Of a DNA stretch of 64,000 bases, positions 59,019 to 64,000 are shown one piece after another (positions within the stretch are counted from its first letter, which is position 1; every line of letters starts with the position of its first letter). The DNA comes from a virus, in the IMG/VR virus record IMGVR_UViG_3300009157_000001, positions 1-64,000 of that record, one strand, 5' to 3'. The position numbers and the translations under genes are program-made. Under the pieces are notes generated by a model, which saw only the letters and a program-made list of their open reading frames with translations, did not search any database and had not been told where the DNA came from.

Positions 59019-59525
59019 TTAATCTAAGTAATCTATCCATACATCCATAAAAGTAGAAACAGCAAATTTACACTTTTCTTCAGTCTCAAAGTAGCAGCCA
59101 CCCGGACGGTTAGAAACGGCACGAGTGAAGGAAATCCCAACATTCAGCACCCAGCCAGAGGTAGTCTTCTTAAACCAAGGATAATACTTCTTCTGATCAC
59201 CATTATTGAAGTCAGCAATCCACTCACCATTTAGAATAGTGGATATATTGTTAATTCTATGTAATGCAAACTGTCTCTTTCTCTGATCCTCAGGTAAAAA
59301 AGAGAAGTGTTCTAAAGTAAGTTCTTCAAATCCACCTTCTTCACAAATATCCTGGTAGTCTTTTATCCTACTAACAAGATCAATCTTGCTCAGAAGAGAC
59401 TTTGCAGATCTCTTATTAAGACAATGACTAGTCCCACGAAGAATAGTAGCAGCAAGATACATAGACTGCGGATCTTTACTTGTAACCATTTCTTTTAAAG
59501 AATTATAGTTCTGATTTGTCTTCAT
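59019..59525 (-). CDS. DGR target protein B
   Basis: 168 aa; contains VR-B; paralog of target A (LN..W...F....QKKY.PWF.KT.SGW); ATGA-coupled to the RT stop. Confidence 0.88.
   Translation of the reverse strand: MKTNQNYNSLKEMVTSKDPQSMYLAATILRGTSHCLNKRSAKSLLSKIDLVSRIKDYQDICEEGGFEELTLEHFSFLPEDQRKRQFALHRINNISTILNGEWIADFNNGDQKKYYPWFKKTTSGWVLNVGISFTRAVSNRPGGCYFETEEKCKFAVSTFMDVWIDYLD
59087..59165 (-). repeat. DGR variable repeat VR-B
   Basis: 79 bp encoding TTSGWVLNVGISFTRAVSNRPGGCYF; one extra codon relative to TR-B. Confidence 0.9.
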
Positions 59526-60476
59526 ACTGAATACTTTTTTCTTAGATTCTTACTATCACAATACTTAAGCCATCCATTGTAGGAATTAAGAGATGCTCTG
59601 TTCTTTCTGTACTTTACCATCTTTATAAACCTCTTCTTTATTCCTTTTCTGAGAAGAATATGTGTATGATAAAACTTGTACCCCACAAAATCTATTCCTC
59701 TGGAACTAACCGGGAATACCTGATGATTGAAATTAACCAGAAGTTTTAGATTATTCCATAAATACTGCTTAATTTTTACCAAAAGATCATGTAACTCCTT
59801 CTTGTTTGATCCCAGGATAACTATATCATCACAATACCTAAAATAGTATTTTACCCCCCCCTGAACTACTCTTAATCCAATGGTCAAAGTAAGTAAGATA
59901 GAAATTGGCCAAGTATTGTGAAAGATAATTTCCGATTGGTATACCCGGAGCACTGTTAATTATCTCATCTAGAAGTAATAAGAGCCTGGGATCTTTGAAC
60001 TTTTTCCTAAGAAGAACTTTCAGAATATCATGATCTATAGAAGGATAGAACTTCTTTATATCAAGTTTTAGACAGTAAGTTGTTCCCTGGACATCCAAAA
60101 GAGATTTTCTTAAAGTTCTCCAAACCCCATGTATACCCCTACCTTCTATACAACTGTAGGTATCTGCTGTAAAAATGGACAGGAATATAGGCTTTAGAAT
60201 ATTCATTATTCCATGATGAACTATCCGATCAGGATAATAAGGAAGTCTATAAATCTCTCTTTTCTTAGGCTCGGAAATTGTATAAACCGTATAAAGAGAG
60301 GTCTTGTACTCTCTCTTATTCAGAACATGATAAAGATTTATGATATTGTCTTCCTTATTCTTGTCATGGAGAATCACTCCATACTGTCTGGACTTTCCCA
60401 GTCTAGCTTTGGAATCTGCTAACTTGAGATTAGCTATAGTACATATTTTTGAGTAAAGATTTCCAACTCTTTTCAT
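59522..60476 (-). CDS. DGR reverse transcriptase, split by a +1 frameshift near 59851-59875
   Basis: PYYPDRIVHH, YSCIEGRG, LKLDIKKFYPSIDH, GIPIGNYLSQ (DGR-type SQ) in frame 1; YFRYCDD and IDFVGY in frame 2; 955 nt, i.e. 317 aa if one base is removed. Confidence 0.93.
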
Positions 60477-60581
60477 AGATTCACTTCACTTAAGATCTTC
60501 TTCCCAAAGATTTTGGTACCAAAGCTCTTGTTACTAATGTTTGTCTTTTACCTAGAGGTAAGATCATACTACACATAAAGA

Positions 60582-60650
60582 AGTGGAGACTGAAGCTCAT
60601 GTTAGCATTATCATCATTCCAATTAGTATAAGAATTCACTCGCTAACTAG
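60582..60650 (-). repeat. DGR template repeat TR-A
   Basis: 69-bp non-coding copy of 60745-60813; 16 of 17 mismatches are at TR adenines. Confidence 0.95.
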
Positions 60651-60670
60651 CTGAGAATTAATAATATGAC

Positions 60671-61189
60671 CTACTCAGGAAGCCACTCTATATATTGTGG
60701 AAGGAAGATGTTTCCTCCAAATAGAGCAAGCTCCTCAGATTTATAGTGAAGACCGAAGCCCACGTCAGCACTACCATCAGCCCAACCAGCACAAGAACTC
60801 ACCCGCCAACCAGAAGAGGTTTTCTCAAACCAGGGAAAGTACTTCTTCTGATTTTTGTCCAGGAAATTTGGTATCCATCCTTCATTAAGGGCTAGAATCC
60901 CATACTGAAGTTTGGCCTGTCCATTTTGTGATATCTGATACTTGTTCTTGGGGTTTAAAAAAGGCAAGATATCTGACTCTATAACCCCGGTCTCATCATA
61001 AGCATCGGATATTGATTTGATCCTTTCCATAATAGGAATCTTACCAAGAAGACTCCTTGCCATTCTCTCTTCTATATGAAGAGAATTACCTCTCAAAAAA
61101 CAAGCAGCTAAGTATCTTGACTGAACATCTTTAGACTCAATCAGTTCCTTTATTCCCTGAATTGTTTTTATTTCTGTGGTTTTCTTCAT
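60671..61189 (-). CDS. DGR target protein A
   Basis: 172 aa from MKKTTE (ATGA overlap with the upstream gene); contains VR-A. Confidence 0.88.
   Translation of the reverse strand: MKKTTEIKTIQGIKELIESKDVQSRYLAACFLRGNSLHIEERMARSLLGKIPIMERIKSISDAYDETGVIESDILPFLNPKNKYQISQNGQAKLQYGILALNEGWIPNFLDKNQKKYFPWFEKTSSGWRVSSCAGWADGSADVGFGLHYKSEELALFGGNIFLPQYIEWLPE
60745..60813 (-). repeat. DGR variable repeat VR-A
   Basis: Encodes GWRVSSCAGWADGSADVGFGLH; ungapped match to TR-A. Confidence 0.93.
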
Positions 61190-61692
61190 CTCGGTAAACA
61201 TATATCATGTAAATAGATCATTCCTGTTGCAAAACCGATTGATTCCTCCGGAAAAAATACTTGGGTAAGCCTCTCCATATTATGATACACATGGTACAGA
61301 TCGTCTCTTCTACAAAGAGCTGTATGTCTTGTTCTTACTTTCTTACTTGTTATTTTCTTTGCTTTTTCAATACTTAGTACTAAATTCTTATATAATGCAT
61401 AAAGATCAAATTCTGCTACTGAGGGAATAAACTCACAGTATAAAACTTGCTTATACATTAATCCTTTACTTACAATAGACTTGTGTTTTGCTGTACTATT
61501 AGAATATCCCTGACTTGTAAAAAGATAGAGTATAGACCCATCTTGTTTAAGTACTCTCTTTGCTATAGGGAAATGATATCCATAAGAATAAATTGCATTT
61601 TTCTCAAAAAACATACTTCTACTATAAGTTTCTCCTTGAATATCTCCTGCTACAAAACCTTCTACAAGTTCTTCCTGACTTCTATACTTCAT
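61186..61692 (-). CDS. Hypothetical phage protein
   Basis: 168 aa; IYSYGYHFPIA...YSNSTAKH. Confidence 0.65.
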   Translation of the reverse strand: MKYRSQEELVEGFVAGDIQGETYSRSMFFEKNAIYSYGYHFPIAKRVLKQDGSILYLFTSQGYSNSTAKHKSIVSKGLMYKQVLYCEFIPSVAEFDLYALYKNLVLSIEKAKKITSKKVRTRHTALCRRDDLYHVYHNMERLTQVFFPEESIGFATGMIYLHDICLPR

Positions 61693-62102
61693 GCAAGTCT
61701 GGATTCTGAAAATCCCAGGGCTTTTGCCATTGAGGGCATCGTCTCAATCATATGATGACAGTTAGCACAGGAAGATAACCAGGTAGACACATCAAGATAG
61801 TACTTCCCCCTACCTTTTTTATGATGGACCTGACTAGCTCTTGTCTGACACTTAGAAAGTCTTGCTTGACAGAAAGGATTCTTTTCCAAGAACTCTTTCC
61901 TGAGTTTTGAGTATTCTTTGTCTTGAACCTTCCTCTTAGAAGATCGAGGGGAGATGGGTTTCTGTTTCCTTGTTGGTTTAAACTTGGACTGACTAGTGTT
62001 GGCAACTCCAGCACAGTATCTACAGAACCCCTTCCCCTCAATTCTTTTCCAAATTGGTCTTTTCCTTTTACAATTACTACAGATCTTTTTTTTCTGTATC
62101 AT
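61689..62102 (-). CDS. HNH endonuclease-like zinc-binding protein
   Basis: CSNC...CRYC; CQ....C...VHH..GR...CANCHH. Confidence 0.75.
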   Translation of the reverse strand: MIQKKKICSNCKRKRPIWKRIEGKGFCRYCAGVANTSQSKFKPTRKQKPISPRSSKRKVQDKEYSKLRKEFLEKNPFCQARLSKCQTRASQVHHKKGRGKYYLDVSTWLSSCANCHHMIETMPSMAKALGFSESRLA

Positions 62103-62325
62103 TTACTTCAGGGATTTCTGGTTCACCCTCTTGTTTTCTTATCATACCCCTCCTTGTAAGAGCCAGGCCATTTTTAACTGTTTTGTTAAGAATGCTCATA
62201 CTACTCCGGAACTCCACTATATCATTATCCTGTCTGGATAAAGTTTTGAGAAGTTCCTCTTCCATAGGATTTTCTGGAGTAAGTACAAGAGTAACATAAT
62301 CACTCACTATAAAGTCATATTTCAT
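62077..62325 (-). CDS. Hypothetical protein
   Basis: 82 aa; tiles with neighbours. Confidence 0.55.
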   Translation of the reverse strand: MKYDFIVSDYVTLVLTPENPMEEELLKTLSRQDNDIVEFRSSMSILNKTVKNGLALTRRGMIRKQEGEPEIPEVNDTEKKDL

Positions 62326-62645
62326 GCTAGTGCCTCCACTCCTTTAAACATTTGGTCAAGATGATCATACATTTCTACCTCACTTTCTTTTATCAGGGTC
62401 ACAATAGGTTCTAACTTACTATTGACCTCACGAGCACACCTATAAAATTCTGACTTCTTCAGTTCTTCTATGGCATCAGGTTCTACCGGTTTGAAGATCT
62501 TCACATCCCCAAGTCCTGGTAAAGGAATATTAGCATTCACATGAAAGCCTTTATTCTCTATACACCTCTGGTACTTTAACATGGTAATTCTATTACACAT
62601 GTATAGGTATACTATCTCTTCGTTGTTTAAGTTGTGGTAGCCCAT
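62322..62645 (-). CDS. Hypothetical protein
   Basis: 107 aa; ATGA overlap. Confidence 0.6.
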   Translation of the reverse strand: MGYHNLNNEEIVYLYMCNRITMLKYQRCIENKGFHVNANIPLPGLGDVKIFKPVEPDAIEELKKSEFYRCAREVNSKLEPIVTLIKESEVEMYDHLDQMFKGVEALA

Positions 62646-63129
62646 GAGGATCAGTTATTAGTTCATAAAAATTAGGAGGGAGTATCCCTTCCTGGATAAA
62701 CTTGTCAACTACTACCCTTTTATCAATTTTCAAGTCCTTAAGACTTAACTCAATAGGATAATCAGGATCAATCAGCTCAGATTCTGAGAACAGTTCTGAT
62801 CCCAGGATACTCTTAGGAAACATCTGATCTGCAAATCCACCTACTATTTTATTCACTTTTTCCTGCTTAAGGATATTAACCAGGATCTTAGCCTTTTTGT
62901 GGACTTTCAAAATCCTCTGTTTTTTCTCCCTATGCATCTCCTTTAACTCATTTGGCTGGAATATATCCAGACCATATAGTGCTCTCTGGTACAGAAACTT
63001 CTGGTACTTGGTCATAGATAATGCACTGTATCTGCGTCCTTTATACTCAGAACCCTCCTGCTGAAGTTTTTCTAGTTTGCCGAGATACTGCAGGGATTTC
63101 TCAGACAACTGATCAATGATTGGAACCAT
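62593..63129 (-). CDS. Hypothetical protein
   Basis: 178-aa ORF. Confidence 0.6.
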   Translation of the reverse strand: MVPIIDQLSEKSLQYLGKLEKLQQEGSEYKGRRYSALSMTKYQKFLYQRALYGLDIFQPNELKEMHREKKQRILKVHKKAKILVNILKQEKVNKIVGGFADQMFPKSILGSELFSESELIDPDYPIELSLKDLKIDKRVVVDKFIQEGILPPNFYELITDPHGLPQLKQRRDSIPIHV

Positions 63130-63163
63130 AAATATACAGATTTTTGGATGAATACTAGGAGAG

Positions 63164-63198
63164 AAAAAAAGAGGAGAGGCCTGTATGACCCCTCCTCT
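63164..63198 (-). terminator. Intrinsic terminator
   Basis: AGAGGAGGGG...CCTCTCCTCT stem running into a T tract on the - strand. Confidence 0.8.
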
Positions 63199-63215
63199 GT
63201 TATAGATGATCTGGA

Positions 63216-63665
63216 CTACTTCTTTTCCAGTCCGGCTTTCTGAAGCTCCAGGTAAGCAGCCTTGATGGCCTCACCATTGGTATGAGCAACAAGCTCATCT
63301 TAAGCATCAGGATCCAAGGTGAACATCTGCTTGCGGTAGATAGGATCCCCACCTACACAACAAACAATCTTGGTTTCACCAGCCACTTTATAATCCCTCT
63401 CAGGATTTTTAGGATTGAGGGCTTCCAGAGATTCTTTGATGATAATCTTACCATCAATCTCCTGGCCATTTGCCCATTTCATTCCTTCCAGGTCAGCAAC
63501 TGTACCCGGGATGAAAGCACTTACTTTCTGCCTGCGCAAAAAGCCTGCTTCATCAATCATAGCACGGGTTTGTTCTACTCTCACTGAGCCATACTCAGGA
63601 TTGTTTTTGGAAGCTACCACGACTTTTCCATCGGGTGATGCAACCACTTTCACTTTTGTGTTCAT
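63216..63665 (-). CDS. Phage hypothetical protein with apparent premature TAA at 63300-63302
   Basis: 121-aa ORF continues in frame for 27 protein-like codons (DELVAHTNGEAIKAAY...) to a TAG just before the terminator. Confidence 0.6.
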
Positions 63666-63767
63666 TTTGAGTTGATTTTTGAGTTAAATAAGGACCATGA
63701 GTTGTAAAGATCACTCCAAACCCGGTCCGGGATCTGGATGACCTATATAGTGAAAGCACCTTCTTAC

Positions 63768-64000
63768 TAGGATTCAGTGCTGTCTATATCTTCTTCTGGA
63801 ATTTCAAGAGTAGATTGATCAATCTCCTCTAATTTGGGTTTTTGTAGAGTATCCTCCTCTGGAGAGATATCTAGTTCATTACTAAGTCTTATAGACCTTT
63901 CTTTCTTTCCCAGGGCTGAACCATACCAGGGATATTGTATTACTTCACCGGCATTAATAGAGAGGAGGTATTGATAATCCTGATCATCAAGATCAAGATA
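63768..64000 (-). CDS. 3' part of a hypothetical gene entering from outside the window; possible frameshift near 63900
   Basis: YLDLDDQDYQYLLSINAGE...PWYGS stops early; an acidic tail (ELDISPEED...EEDIDSTES) continues in the +1 frame. Confidence 0.45.

Noticed and set aside
59522-60476. RT as group II intron, retron or Abi RT
   Set aside because: Only ~317 aa, no maturase/endonuclease extension, DGR-type GNYLSQ motif, and two adenine-specific TR/VR pairs adjacent.
61186-61692. Avd accessory gene for the DGR
   Set aside because: Aromatic, beta-rich N-terminal half, not the ~120-aa four-helix Avd pattern; the NUMOD1-like gene on the other side does not fit either.
1-64000. TAG or TGA stop-codon reassignment as in some crAss-like phages (would explain TAG in the TRs)
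   Set aside because: ORFs up to 10 kb are open in the standard code, and genes end in TAA, TGA and TAG with tight tiling.
1-64000. CRISPR array, IS element, integrase or intein
   Set aside because: No regularly spaced repeats, transposase or integrase motifs, or intein-type insertions were seen by eye.

Overview
64 kb of a crAss-like (Crassvirales-type) phage genome, probably infecting Bacteroidota (TAnnTTTG promoter elements, A-rich leaders without Shine-Dalgarno). Bases 1-28.9 kb (+ strand) hold the virion cargo/ejection block: two low-complexity cargo proteins, an HNH-AP2 homing endonuclease, a 1027-aa protein and three giant ATGA-coupled proteins (1842, 3420, ~1869 aa). The middle giant is the virion RNA polymerase (DFDID motif). 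Bases 28.9-64 kb (mostly - strand) hold early/replication genes: PolB, primase, DnaB helicase, SSB-like, AAA_24 ATPase, RuvC-like, PD-(D/E)xK nuclease, UDG, MoxR AAA+/VWA pair, ClpS, cold-shock protein, SF2 helicase and a small inverted lysis-like cassette. Main observations: (1) a diversity-generating retroelement at 58.9-61.2 kb with one RT, no visible avd, and two paralogous targets that each have their own template repeat. The targets share an N-terminal helical motif with three proteins of the MoxR/VWA cluster. (2) The only four cysteines in ~7,100 aa of the three giant proteins lie at the two gene junctions, suggesting a head-to-tail disulfide-linked chain. (3) Two related tRNA-like elements have aberrant anticodon arms, and one follows a structured ncRNA candidate. 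All family assignments are from motif recognition by eye, without database searches. Several frame lesions cluster at the right end, so assembly error there is possible.
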